Counted from the first letter of the stretch, positions 38,708 to 48,991 are shown. The stretch is 64,000 nt of DNA from an uncultured Clostridium sp. (GCA_938036545.1 CALHQJ010000010.1:22980-86979); one strand, 5' to 3'. Numbers and translations: made by a program. The notes: generated by a model not told the origin, from the letters alone.

Positions 38708-39415
38708 ATGCAGGCAATCTTACTGGCAGGCGGCTTGGGAACTAGACTTCGCAGCGTCGTAAGCGACAGGCCAAAACCAATGGCTCTTATTGAAGGACGT
38801 CCCTTTATGGAGTATGTAGTTCACGAGTTGTCCCGCCATGGAATTACCCATATTATTTTTGCAGTGGGCTACAAAGGCTCCATGGTAGAGGAATACTTTG
38901 GAGATGGAAGCAGCTTTGGAGTAACGGTTTCCTATGCGTATGAGGAGACGCTGCTGGGAACTGCAGGCGCAATCAAAAATGCAGGAAAATTCATAACCGA
39001 AGATACGTTTTACGTGTTAAATGCAGACACCTTTTACCAGATTGACTACGGCCGTCTTACCAGTCTGCAGCAGGAAAAAAATCTGGATATGGCTCTGGTG
39101 CTTCGGGAAGTTCCAGACGTGTCCCGATACGGGGAAGCAGTTCTTCAGGATGGAATCCTTACGGGATTTAACGAAAAATCAGAAGAAAGCCGTCAGGGAA
39201 CCATTAACGGCGGAATTTACCTGATGAAAAAGGAGCTTCTGGCGGAAATTCCAGAGGGAAAGGTTTCCCTGGAAAATGAAATGATACCCAAATGGATGCA
39301 GGAGGGAAAGCGTCTGGGCGGCTTTGTCAATGACGGATATTTTATTGATATTGGAATACCGGAGGCATACTTCCAGTTTCAGGAAGATGTGAGAAAAGGA
39401 GTGGTAGTATGGTAA
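38708..39415 (+). CDS. hddC: D-glycero-alpha-D-manno-heptose 1-phosphate guanylyltransferase
   Basis: ILLAGGLGTRLRSVVSDRPKPMA is a sugar-1-P nucleotidylyltransferase N-terminus. The gene is clustered with hddA, gmhB and gmhA. Confidence 0.8.
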   Translation: MQAILLAGGLGTRLRSVVSDRPKPMALIEGRPFMEYVVHELSRHGITHIIFAVGYKGSMVEEYFGDGSSFGVTVSYAYEETLLGTAGAIKNAGKFITEDTFYVLNADTFYQIDYGRLTSLQQEKNLDMALVLREVPDVSRYGEAVLQDGILTGFNEKSEESRQGTINGGIYLMKKELLAEIPEGKVSLENEMIPKWMQEGKRLGGFVNDGYFIDIGIPEAYFQFQEDVRKGVVVW

Positions 39416-40479
39416 TTCGAGGACGGGCGCCCCTGAGAGTCAGCTTTGGCGGAGGCGGCACAGACGTAGCCCCATTCTGCGAAGAGCAGGGCGGAGCCAT
39501 TATTGGAAGCACCATCAATAAATATGCATATTGTTCCATTGTACCAAGACAGGATGACCAGATTATCGCTCACTCTCTGGATTTTGATACAACGGTAAAA
39601 TACAATACAAAAGAAAACTACGTCTATGACGGCAAGCTGGATTTGGTAACAGCAGCGTTAAAGGCCATGGACATCCGTCAGGGCTGCGAGGTGTATTTAC
39701 AGTGCGATGCACCTCCAGGTTCCGGTCTTGGAACATCTTCCACGGTTATGGTAGCTCTTTTGACTGCTATGGCCCGCTGGAAAGGCGTGGAGTTAGACAA
39801 TTATGCACTGGCAGATTTGGCTTACCAGGTAGAACGTCTGGATTTGAAGATTGACGGCGGCTACCAGGATCAGTATGCAGCAGCATTCGGAGGCTTTAAT
39901 TTTATTGAGTTTCACGGCCGCAACAATGTGGTAGTCAATCCTTTGAGAATCAAAAAAGACATTATCCATGAACTCCAGTACAATTTGCTTTTGTGCTATA
40001 CCGGAAACATCCATGTTTCTGCAAATATCATCAAAGATCAGGTGAAAAATTACGAGAAAAAAGACGCCTTTGATGCAATGTGCGAGGTAAAGGCCCTGGC
40101 CTATGCCATGAAGGACGAACTGTTAAAGGGGAACCTGTACAGCTTTGGCAAGCTGTTAGATTATGGCTGGGAAAGCAAAAAGAGGATGAGCAGCAAGATT
40201 ACCAATCCCCAGATTGACGAGCTGTATAATGAGGCGAAGAAAGCAGGGGCTTTGGGCGGAAAACTCCTGGGAGCAGGCGGCGGCGGTTTCCTGCTGATGT
40301 TCTGCCCGTATAATATCCGCCATGTAGTAGCAGCCCGTATGGAAGCAGTGGGCGGTCAGGTAACAGACTGGAATTTTGAATTGAGAGGGGCGCAGAGTTG
40401 GATTACCAACGAGGACAGATGGCAGTATGATGCAGTCAAAGTCCATATGCCAAACGGAAATTATGAATTTCAATTATAA
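39409..40479 (+). CDS. hddA: D-glycero-alpha-D-manno-heptose 7-phosphate kinase (GHMP kinase)
   Basis: It has RAPLRVSFGGGGTDVAPF, the GHMP motif PPGSGLGTSSTV and GAGGGGFLLMF. Confidence 0.82.
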   Translation: MVIRGRAPLRVSFGGGGTDVAPFCEEQGGAIIGSTINKYAYCSIVPRQDDQIIAHSLDFDTTVKYNTKENYVYDGKLDLVTAALKAMDIRQGCEVYLQCDAPPGSGLGTSSTVMVALLTAMARWKGVELDNYALADLAYQVERLDLKIDGGYQDQYAAAFGGFNFIEFHGRNNVVVNPLRIKKDIIHELQYNLLLCYTGNIHVSANIIKDQVKNYEKKDAFDAMCEVKALAYAMKDELLKGNLYSFGKLLDYGWESKKRMSSKITNPQIDELYNEAKKAGALGGKLLGAGGGGFLLMFCPYNIRHVVAARMEAVGGQVTDWNFELRGAQSWITNEDRWQYDAVKVHMPNGNYEFQL

Positions 40480-41086
40480 AACGGAAAAACGGCCGGTTAT
40501 TTTTTTAGACAGAGACGGTACGATTAATGAGGAAGTCAACTATCTGCACCGGCCGGAGGATTTAAAGATTCTTCCTGGGGCCGCAGAAGCCATCAGCCGG
40601 TTTAATCAGGCCGGTTTCCTGGTGATAGTCATTACCAATCAGGCCGGAATCGGAAGGGGATATTACACCCAGCAGGATATGGAAAAGCTGAATGAGTATA
40701 TGAATCAGGTTTTGGCAGAACAGGACGCCCACATTGATGGATTTTACTTCTGCCCCCATCATCCGGAGCATGGAATCGGGGAGTATAAGAAAGATTGTGA
40801 CTGCCGAAAGCCTGGGATTGGAATGTTTCGCCAGGCAGAACAGGATTTTTCCATAGAAAAAGCCCATTCCTATATGATAGGAGACAAGCTGATCGATACC
40901 CAGGCCGGACACAACTATGGTGTTTCCTCCATTCTGGTAGGAACTGGATATGGAAAGGAACTATTTGAGACTCAGTGCCAGGGCAGACGAAGAACAACGG
41001 ATTATGAGTATTATGCAGAAAACCTGATGGAAGCAGCAGACTGGATTTTTAAGGAGGAAGGCCAATGGAATCAAGAGAATACGTAA
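40463..41086 (+). CDS. gmhB: D,D-heptose 1,7-bisphosphate phosphatase (HAD)
   Basis: It has FLDRDGTIN, ITNQAGIGRGYY, CPHHPE, CDCRKPGIGM and IGDKLID. The ORF is open from 40427. Confidence 0.85.
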   Translation: MNFNYKTEKRPVIFLDRDGTINEEVNYLHRPEDLKILPGAAEAISRFNQAGFLVIVITNQAGIGRGYYTQQDMEKLNEYMNQVLAEQDAHIDGFYFCPHHPEHGIGEYKKDCDCRKPGIGMFRQAEQDFSIEKAHSYMIGDKLIDTQAGHNYGVSSILVGTGYGKELFETQCQGRRRTTDYEYYAENLMEAADWIFKEEGQWNQENT

Positions 41087-41736
41087 CCTTACTGACAGAA
41101 CGGTATCCAAAATTAAAGGCAATAGAGGGTCAGATTGAGGACGCTTATCAGGTGTTGGAAACCTGCTATGAAAACGGAGGCAAGCTGCTGATTGCAGGAA
41201 ATGGAGGAAGCTGTGCAGACGCAGAGCATATCGTAGGAGAATTGATGAAAGGCTTTGTAAAGCGCCGTAAAGTAAACGAAGAAGAGCAGGCTTTGCTGGA
41301 GCAGGCAGGAAGACAGATCTGCGAGGATAGCAGACTGGAAGAAAACCTGGGAAAAGAACTGGCAGAGTGTCTTCAGGGCGGCCTTCCGGCCATTGCACTG
41401 ACAGGACATAACGGCCTTTCTACAGCATTTTTAAATGATGTAAATGGAGAAATGATTTATGCCCAGCAGCTTTGGGGATATGGCAAGCCAGGAGACGTAT
41501 TTTTGGGGATTTCCACTTCTGGAAACTCGAAAAATATCCTGTATGCCCTGGCAGCAGCAAAGGCAAAAGGCTTAAAGACCGTGGTATTAACAGGGCGGGA
41601 CGGAGGAAAACTGGCAAAATCAGCAGATGCAGCCATTATCGTACCAGAACAGGAAACTTACCAGATTCAGGAGCTGCATCTGCCTGTTTACCATACTCTG
41701 TGCCTGATGTTAGAAGAACACTTTTTTCGTTCGTAG
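41065..41736 (+). CDS. gmhA: phosphoheptose (sedoheptulose-7-P) isomerase, SIS domain
   Basis: It has LIAGNGGSCADAEHIVGEL, LGISTSGNSKNI and IVPEQETYQIQELH. Confidence 0.85.
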   Translation: MESREYVTLLTERYPKLKAIEGQIEDAYQVLETCYENGGKLLIAGNGGSCADAEHIVGELMKGFVKRRKVNEEEQALLEQAGRQICEDSRLEENLGKELAECLQGGLPAIALTGHNGLSTAFLNDVNGEMIYAQQLWGYGKPGDVFLGISTSGNSKNILYALAAAKAKGLKTVVLTGRDGGKLAKSADAAIIVPEQETYQIQELHLPVYHTLCLMLEEHFFRS

Positions 41737-41754
41737 AAAGAACAAGGGGTTATT

Positions 41755-42540
41755 ATGAAAGAACACGTATTTGCGATTTGTGCTTATGGGGATTCTCCAT
41801 ATCTGGAGGCCTGCATCCGATCATTAAAGATGCAGACAATTCCGGCAGATATCATCCTCTGTACGTCCACGCCCAGCAGCTACATAGATGGACTGGCAGA
41901 AAGCTATGGGATTCCTGTCTTTGTACGGGAGGGAGAGAGCAATATTCGGGACGACTGGGAGTTTGCCTGCCGCATGGCAGACGCCAAACTGGTAACCGTT
42001 GCCCATCAGGACGATATGTATCATAAGCAATATAAGGAAACTTTGCTTTCCTACGCCAGAAAGTATCCAGATATGACCTTGTTTACAACGGATTACGTCC
42101 TGGTAAAGGGAACAACATTGGAGACCGGAGATAAGGTGCGCCTGGTTAAGAAAATACTGCGTCTTCCCCTCCGGATTCCGGCGCTGAACCACTTGACAGC
42201 AGTAAAGAAGGCAGCGCTTATATTTGGAAATCCTATTTGCTGTCCGTCCTGTACCTACAACAAAGAACTGATTGGAAATCCCATATTTGACTCCAAATTT
42301 CAGTATGCGCTGGACTGGGATACCTTTGCCCGTCTGGCTGAGTGGGGAGGCCGGTTCATCTGCGTGGAGCGGCCGCTTTTGTATTACCGGATACATGAGG
42401 CCAATGCAACCAAGGCCTGTATGAAGGGAGATCGGAGAACCAGAGAAGAGACCGAGATGTTTTCCCGCTTCTGGCCGGATTCTGTAGTAAGGGGTATTAT
42501 GCATTTTTATAAAAAGGCATATAAAGAATATGAAGGGTAA
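41755..42540 (+). CDS. glycosyltransferase family 2 (GT-A)
   Basis: It has FAICAYGDSPYLEACIRSL and the acidic motif VAHQDDMY. The size of 261 aa is typical of single-domain GT-A enzymes. Confidence 0.75.
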   Translation: MKEHVFAICAYGDSPYLEACIRSLKMQTIPADIILCTSTPSSYIDGLAESYGIPVFVREGESNIRDDWEFACRMADAKLVTVAHQDDMYHKQYKETLLSYARKYPDMTLFTTDYVLVKGTTLETGDKVRLVKKILRLPLRIPALNHLTAVKKAALIFGNPICCPSCTYNKELIGNPIFDSKFQYALDWDTFARLAEWGGRFICVERPLLYYRIHEANATKACMKGDRRTREETEMFSRFWPDSVVRGIMHFYKKAYKEYEG

Positions 42541-44812
42541 GGAAATGAAAAAAGGGCTGTTTCTGGGACTGCTGGCAGCGGCAGTCCTGGCAGTCGGAAC
42601 CGGCTGTTTATTTGTAAACGGTCCATTAGGCCAGGTCTTAAGGTGGAACAACAACATCCAGATGCTGGCTGAAATCGGAGCGGCATTTAGCTGGCTGCTG
42701 GTTTCATGCTGCTGGGTAAAAAACAGAACGGCAGGGATTGGGATGGCGCTGGCGGGGATATTTATGTTCTCCTGGTGCCATCAGGCATTTGTGCCATTAA
42801 TTGTTTCAGGGGCCTATGGACTGTTTTTACTTCTGTTTGGAAAAATGGGAGCCAGCATATTTGGCGGATGGAAGGGAAAAAAAGCGTCCGTACCAGCTGC
42901 ATTTATCATAGGCTGCGGTATGTGGATGATTCTGGTCTGTGCAGTGTCTGCATTTAGCATAGGTGGAACAATGCTTTGGAGAATTCTGGCGCTTTTATTG
43001 GCATTTGTGACTCTCATCTGGAGTCTGACCCAGAGAAAACGAGAAAAAAGAGAAGGGAACACTCCTTTTTGGAACATGGAAAACTGGGATAAAAAGGACG
43101 GAATGGTGATTGCCATTATTTTGACCTGCCTGCTGATTCAGGTTGGACGGATGAATGTGGCTCTGGATTATGACTCACTTCATTACGGCCTTCGTTCTCC
43201 TTACATTTTGGATAATGGCAGAGGAATTTATGAAAATCTGGGAAGCGTAAACGTGGTTTATACTTATGCCAAGGGACTGGAAGTCCTGGCTCTTCCCTTA
43301 TCCGGCCTTTCCAGCTATGGCTTTGTCCTTGGATTCAACATCTGGCTGACCGTTGGAGCGCTGATAATGGGATACCGTCTGGCAGCCGCCCTGTCCGTCA
43401 GCAGGAAAAACAGCAGGAAGAAAGGCTTGTTTGCCGCCTGCCTGATGGCTCTTTTTCCTGGAATTTTAAATATGTCCGTAACGGCAAAAAGCGATATTGC
43501 CACCTTACTGTTTCAGCTAATCGCTCTGGAAGGGCTTGTACTGATAGCAAAATCCAGAGATAAAAGCCAGCAGGCAAATCAGCTTTTTACGGTAATTGGG
43601 GCATGTCTCCTCAGTTATACATTAAAGCCTACTTCTCTGGTATTTTCTACAGCAGCAATTGGTATGGGAGTTCTGTGCCTGATGGTGTTAAAGGTTCCTA
43701 TTATCCGGCTTCTTCCGAAAGGAAGGGGAGCATTTCGCTTTGCAGTGATTCCGGCTTTGGCTCTGACCGGATTGTGGGGCAGAACCTATCTTCTCACTGG
43801 TATGCCGTCTACCTCTGTATTTACCGGCATTTGGGAGCTTTTGGGCTTTCAGGTCCACTGGCCTTTTGCCTTTAGTTCCATTCCCAATGAAGGGCTTTCC
43901 ATGGGATTTTTAGGAGGGCTTCTCCATCTGGGAGACCGGCTGTTGAGAATGTTTTTTGCGCCATTAGGCGAGGATATGGATCATGTTATCATTGCCTGGG
44001 GAACTGGACTGTTTTTGATTTGTCTGACAGCTGCGCTGCTTTATGGCAGACAGGTAGTAAAAAATGCGGAGACGAAGCTGCTCTGGGCAGTGCTTGGTAC
44101 AGTGACCGGAATCAGCATTGTCAGCATCTATCTGCTTTGGCAGGTAGACGGCAATTACTTTATGCTGTGGTATTCTCTGGCTGCTGTTTGTGCAGCTGTG
44201 GCTTTTCCTGTAAGAAAACAGGAAAAGGAGAGACAGGCAGAAAAACGGCTGAAATGGAGCGCCATAATAGCCGGATTTATGGTTACGTTTCAAATACTGG
44301 TAATGTCTTTAACAAGCTGGGCCGGAGGCGTTGGATTTACCCCTGTTTCCCTGGTGCATAAAGGCTATTATGACCACAGATTAGAAAGCTTTGAGAAAGC
44401 AAAGCAGGCAGGACGGGGGGAATTGTGGAAGCTTATTTCTTCCAATCCCAGAAATCGGGTAATTGCATTTGGAGAACATCCTCAGTGCCTGGATTTTGCC
44501 TGCAGCGTCCAGTCCTATTACGATACGACGGGAAGCGGAGGCAATGTGGTTTTGGTAAAAACCCTGGAAAATTTTAAGGATTATCTCCGCTATGCCAAAA
44601 CTGATTACATTTATGCAGAAGCAGGCCATTTAGAACCAGGAAGCCGGGAATGGGACGTGCTCCGCTATCTGGTAGAAGAAGGAAGTTTGACAGACATTCG
44701 TTATGAAAACGGAAACATGGTTGGAACTGTCAGCCTGGACGGCAGCGGATATGGACCGGAGGAAGCGGCTGCATCAGCAGAAGAGTTTTACAAAATGATC
44801 ATTCCCAGGTAA
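42530..44812 (+). CDS. large polytopic membrane protein, GT-C-like / polymerase-like, family unassigned
   Basis: It is about 755 aa with 14 or more hydrophobic segments, an acidic loop (ALDYDSLHYG) and a soluble C-terminal domain of about 170 aa. ATG 42545 is an alternative start. Confidence 0.55.
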   Translation: MKGKEMKKGLFLGLLAAAVLAVGTGCLFVNGPLGQVLRWNNNIQMLAEIGAAFSWLLVSCCWVKNRTAGIGMALAGIFMFSWCHQAFVPLIVSGAYGLFLLLFGKMGASIFGGWKGKKASVPAAFIIGCGMWMILVCAVSAFSIGGTMLWRILALLLAFVTLIWSLTQRKREKREGNTPFWNMENWDKKDGMVIAIILTCLLIQVGRMNVALDYDSLHYGLRSPYILDNGRGIYENLGSVNVVYTYAKGLEVLALPLSGLSSYGFVLGFNIWLTVGALIMGYRLAAALSVSRKNSRKKGLFAACLMALFPGILNMSVTAKSDIATLLFQLIALEGLVLIAKSRDKSQQANQLFTVIGACLLSYTLKPTSLVFSTAAIGMGVLCLMVLKVPIIRLLPKGRGAFRFAVIPALALTGLWGRTYLLTGMPSTSVFTGIWELLGFQVHWPFAFSSIPNEGLSMGFLGGLLHLGDRLLRMFFAPLGEDMDHVIIAWGTGLFLICLTAALLYGRQVVKNAETKLLWAVLGTVTGISIVSIYLLWQVDGNYFMLWYSLAAVCAAVAFPVRKQEKERQAEKRLKWSAIIAGFMVTFQILVMSLTSWAGGVGFTPVSLVHKGYYDHRLESFEKAKQAGRGELWKLISSNPRNRVIAFGEHPQCLDFACSVQSYYDTTGSGGNVVLVKTLENFKDYLRYAKTDYIYAEAGHLEPGSREWDVLRYLVEEGSLTDIRYENGNMVGTVSLDGSGYGPEEAAASAEEFYKMIIPR

Positions 44813-44853
44813 CTGTTTCGGGCGGTGGGAATATCTCAGGAAGGAAATACACA

Positions 44854-46716
44854 ATGGATTCAAAACTATCTATGGAGCAGAAAAATAAGTGGAAAAATGA
44901 CGTGATTGCGGTTCTCCTCTTAGGAATATTTGCCTTTTTTATCAATCGGGGGATTGAAATCAAAGGCCTTTATATGGACGATCTGTATCTGTGGTCCTGC
45001 TATGGTGAGCAGTCCTTTACAGAATTTAACTTTCCTATAGGAAGCACCAGATTTCGGTTCCTGTATTATTTGATGGCATGGCTGGAACTGGCATTTGTGG
45101 GAAATCACGTAAACTGGTTTGTTCCCATTAACATTGTGTTAAATATTCTGGCGGCGGCCCTGGTTTACTGGTTTGGAAGCAAAGTGTCCAAGTGCCGGTT
45201 TACCGGATTTTTAGCCGGAATTTTGTAGCTGATGTCCCGTATGTCCTATTATCAAATCAGCCAGGTATACGGTCTGATGGAGACGGCGGCTACGATTATG
45301 GCTCTGGGAATCCTGATTTTATTATATTTTTATATCAATCAGAGAGAGAAAGACAAAGAATTGTATCTTTCCTGCATCCTGTATTTTGCCATCTGCTTTG
45401 TCCATGAACGGTATCTGGCTTTATTGCCTCTGATTTATCTGGCCCTTATTTTTACCATAAGAAGGGGAGAAAAACCGGACTGGAAAAAATGGCTGGCCCC
45501 CCTGCTGACCTTTGGGGCAGTCATGGGGATTCGCAGGATGACCATTGGAACGGTGATTCCGGCCGGAACCGGAGGAACCCAGGTGACTGATACCTTTTCT
45601 GTTTCTGAAGCCATTGGTTATGCTCTTAGTCAGGCGGCGTATATATTTGGATGCAATGCAGGGCCAGAGCACTTAAACGGCATGTCCTGGGCCGATTCTC
45701 CCCGTTTAATTAAACTTCTGGTAATGCTGGCTGATATTGTGCTGCTGGTATTTGTACTGGCTTTTGTGGTACAAATCATCCGTAACCGGAAACAGGCGCT
45801 CATATATCTGAAAAATACAGCACTATTTGTAACCTTTATTGCCCTTTGCATCGGCTCTTCCAGTGTGACGGTGCGTGTGGAAATGCGTTGGATTTACGTT
45901 TCTTATACAGCAGCAGTGCTGTTTTTGTGCTATATCACAGGCGCATTGAAGAGTCCGGCTGAAAAATGGGAAAGAAATGAAAATTCCAATCAGAGGACGT
46001 TCCGGAACGGCGTTTATGCAGGAGGCTTTCTGCTGTATCTGCTTTTGATGTTTCCGGTAGAAAGTTTTTACCGGCAGCAGTATCCGAATCTTTATTTTTG
46101 GCCCAATCAGCTTCGATACAATTCTCTGGCAGAAGAAACCTATGAAAAGTATGGAGACGAGATTTTCGGAAAAACCATTTACATTGTAGGGGATTCCTAC
46201 GAAATGAGTCAGTTTACCGCAGACACCTTTTTTAAAGTTTTTGACAAAGAGAGAAAAGCAGAAGGGACAAAGGTAGTATTTGTGGACAGCCTGCTGGAAG
46301 TAGGACAGGTAACGGATCAGATGCTGGTTTTGCGGGAAGAACCGGAGTACAACCGTTTCCAGGACATTACGGATATTGCCCGCAATTTAAAATGTGAGAT
46401 TACAAGGGGCTATTATCGGGACGGCTGGATGGACGAAAATGCCAAAATTCGGGTAATGGCCGGAAAAGAAGGCGTGATTCACCTGAAATTCATGTTCCCA
46501 GGTATTTTAAATGGAGGAGAAACCACAACGATCCATAAAGACGGGGAACTGGCGGCTCAGATCCCAGTGACAGAAAGTGTGTATTACCAGGATATTGCTG
46601 CAGAACCCTACCAGATTGTGGAGCTGGAATTCCATCATAACTTTTATATGCAGAACGCCCAGGAACAGCGGGGAGAGGACAGGCTGGCCGTTATTATGGA
46701 AATCATGGCAGACTAG
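44854..46716 (+). pseudogene. polytopic GT-C-like membrane protein interrupted by an in-frame TAG at 45226-45228
   Basis: ORFs 44854-45228 and 45232-46716 are in the same frame, and the sequence reads GIL-TAG-LMSRMSYY. No SD precedes ATG 45232. The first-loop acidic motif is GLYMDDLYLW. Confidence 0.65.
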
Positions 46717-46758
46717 CCTTAAGTTTAGAGTTTTACAAATAGGAGGATTTACGATATA

Positions 46759-48201
46759 ATGAAACGGTCTTACGGATACATTCTGTTTCCCATAATTGGC
46801 GCTTTATTCTGCCTGTGGTATGTCTGCTCTGCTACCAGCGATGTGGTGTATTCGGATTATATCCGGCTGATTAATTCCTATCTGCCGGATGTATGGAATC
46901 CGGACAAGTTTTTTGTGGCAGATATATTTACCAGAATCCCAGTTAATTTTTTAAGCAGGGGAATCAATGTGGCATTGTTTGGATTCAGCGTCCGTTTTGA
47001 CCAGGTGCTGGGAATCCTGGGACTGGCGCTGGCAGCAGGCGCAGTGGCATTATACGTAAAAAAGGAAAAACTGGGACTTGTTACGCTGACTGCAGTCAGC
47101 CTTTTGATGTTCAGCCTGAATAAATGGGAAATGCTGACCAATGGAAGCGGATGGGCCCATTTCCTGGCATTTGCCTGTTATTATTATTATTATCTGATTT
47201 TCGATCGGGTTTGGCAAAGCAAAAGACCAGGCGTCCGCCCGACACAAAAGACGGAAAAGCCATGGGATCGGGTACTGTTAGTGATATTTCCATTTATCAT
47301 AACCCTGGGAATTGCCGGACAATATTGTGCAGTATATTCCGGCGTTATGATTGTGGTTTTTGGATTTTTATGTATTTGGAACGGGATGATCCAGGAAGAT
47401 AAAAAAGAGCTGAAACAGTATGTGCTTTGGTTTTTGTGTATTTTGATTCCTTTGGGAATCTATTTAATCAGTAATGCCTGTACGGTAGAAGAACATGCAG
47501 GCGCTACCAATTTAACGCTGACAGAAGCTTTGAGGCAGAATCCTAAGTTCTTCCCTGCGTTCTTTATTAAGTCTTTTGCATCCATGTTTTTAGGCGGTGA
47601 AACCATGCAGAACCGTCTTCATCTGTCTAATCATATGATGCTTTTCATAGGCCTGGCAGTTATGGGCGGTTATGTATTGGGATTATGGCTCAATTGGAAA
47701 TACCAGATTTATGAGAAGACCCTGTTTCCGCTTCTGCTTATTTTGTCTGGCGGATGCAGTCATGTGTTGATTTTAATTTCCAGATGGATCTTTTTAAACC
47801 AGGAAAATTATGGTATGAGTTCCCGTTATGCAGTCCAGTTTCAGATGGGAATTATCGGAATCGTATTGACGGCGGCCATAGCCTGGAAATTGGAAGGAGA
47901 AAGCCGGAGAAGACGGGGGAAACGGGGAAGGAACCATTCAGCGGCAGCCATACTGGCTCTGGTTTTTACCGGAATGATGCTGTGCGGCAATTTGGCCACA
48001 ACTGCAGATGAACTGGTAAAAGCGCCCTATCGAAAAGAACGGTATGAAGAAAAGATCACGGCAGCGCTGAATTATCAGGAGTACAGCGATAAAGAATTAG
48101 AAGATATTTTTGAATATAGAAAAGGCCCTGAAAAAATCAGAAAGGCCTTAAAGATTTTAGAGACAAATCAATGGAACGTATACGGTCGTAAGGAGGAATA
48201 A
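46759..48201 (+). CDS. polytopic membrane protein, GT-C-like / polymerase-like, family unassigned
   Basis: It is 480 aa with 11 or more hydrophobic segments and a short charged C-terminal tail. Confidence 0.55.
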   Translation: MKRSYGYILFPIIGALFCLWYVCSATSDVVYSDYIRLINSYLPDVWNPDKFFVADIFTRIPVNFLSRGINVALFGFSVRFDQVLGILGLALAAGAVALYVKKEKLGLVTLTAVSLLMFSLNKWEMLTNGSGWAHFLAFACYYYYYLIFDRVWQSKRPGVRPTQKTEKPWDRVLLVIFPFIITLGIAGQYCAVYSGVMIVVFGFLCIWNGMIQEDKKELKQYVLWFLCILIPLGIYLISNACTVEEHAGATNLTLTEALRQNPKFFPAFFIKSFASMFLGGETMQNRLHLSNHMMLFIGLAVMGGYVLGLWLNWKYQIYEKTLFPLLLILSGGCSHVLILISRWIFLNQENYGMSSRYAVQFQMGIIGIVLTAAIAWKLEGESRRRRGKRGRNHSAAAILALVFTGMMLCGNLATTADELVKAPYRKERYEEKITAALNYQEYSDKELEDIFEYRKGPEKIRKALKILETNQWNVYGRKEE

Positions 48202-48203
48202 TC

Positions 48204-48977
48204 GTGAAAGTTGTATTGTTAGCCGGCGGCTTCGGCACCAGAATCAGCGAAGAAAGCCATTTAAAGCCAAAGCCAATGATTGAGATCGGAGAAAAGCCGA
48301 TTTTATGGCACATTATGAAATACTATTCCCAGTTCGGATTTCACGAGTTTGTGATTTGCCTGGGGTATAAGCAGTATGTAGTTAAGGAATTTTTTGCAGA
48401 TTACTTCCTTCATACGTCAGACGTAACCTTTGATCTGGCAAATAATCAGATGGAAGTCCACAATAATTACGCAGAGCCATGGAAGGTAACGCTGGTGGAT
48501 ACCGGCCTGAATACCATGACTGGGGGCAGGGTAAAGCGGATACGTCCCTATGTAGGCGACGAGCCGTTTATGCTGACCTATGGAGATGGAGTGGCAGACG
48601 TAGACTTAAATGCGCTGGTAAAGTTCCATGAAGAACATGGGAAAATTGCAACCCTTACCAGTGTCAATGTTGGACAGAAATTCGGCGTTCTGGATTTAAA
48701 CAGCGAGGGGCAGGTTCAGGCCTTCCGAGAGAAAAATGATAATGATGGCGCACTGATTAACGGTGGATTTATGGTACTGAATTCTGGTATATTTGACTAT
48801 TTAAAAGATGATACCACTGTGCTGGAAAAAGAACCTCTTGAAAATCTGGCCAGAGATGGAGAACTGATGGCATACCATCACGAGGGATTTTGGAAATGCA
48901 TGGATACACAGAGGGATAAAACTCAGCTGGAAGCTATGTGGCAGTCTGGCAAAGCGCCTTGGAAAATCTGGGAATAA
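48204..48977 (+). CDS. rfbF: glucose-1-phosphate cytidylyltransferase
   Basis: VVLLAGGFGTRISEESHLKPKPMIEIGEKPILWHIMKYYSQFGFHEFVICLGYK is a near-canonical RfbF/DdhA N-terminus. The start is GTG. Confidence 0.92.
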   Translation: MKVVLLAGGFGTRISEESHLKPKPMIEIGEKPILWHIMKYYSQFGFHEFVICLGYKQYVVKEFFADYFLHTSDVTFDLANNQMEVHNNYAEPWKVTLVDTGLNTMTGGRVKRIRPYVGDEPFMLTYGDGVADVDLNALVKFHEEHGKIATLTSVNVGQKFGVLDLNSEGQVQAFREKNDNDGALINGGFMVLNSGIFDYLKDDTTVLEKEPLENLARDGELMAYHHEGFWKCMDTQRDKTQLEAMWQSGKAPWKIWE

Positions 48978-48991
48978 ACAGGAGAATGCAT

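Noticed and set aside
41824-42657. A 277-aa minus-strand ORF lies antisense to the GT2 gene. Similar long antisense or alternate-frame ORFs occur at 10503-11120, 41472-42026, 51402-51947, 56761-57348 and 56564-57325.
   Set aside because: All of them overlap well-supported genes on the other strand or frame and lack motifs. They are treated as non-coding shadows.
45226-45228. The in-frame TAG could be recoded (genetic code with TAG as sense, or pyrrolysine).
   Set aside because: TAG clearly terminates several well-defined genes in this window (the VanW-family gene at 3508-3510, prs at 13348-13350, the LevR-like gene at 27444-27446, and this same gene at 46714-46716). No pyl genes are visible.
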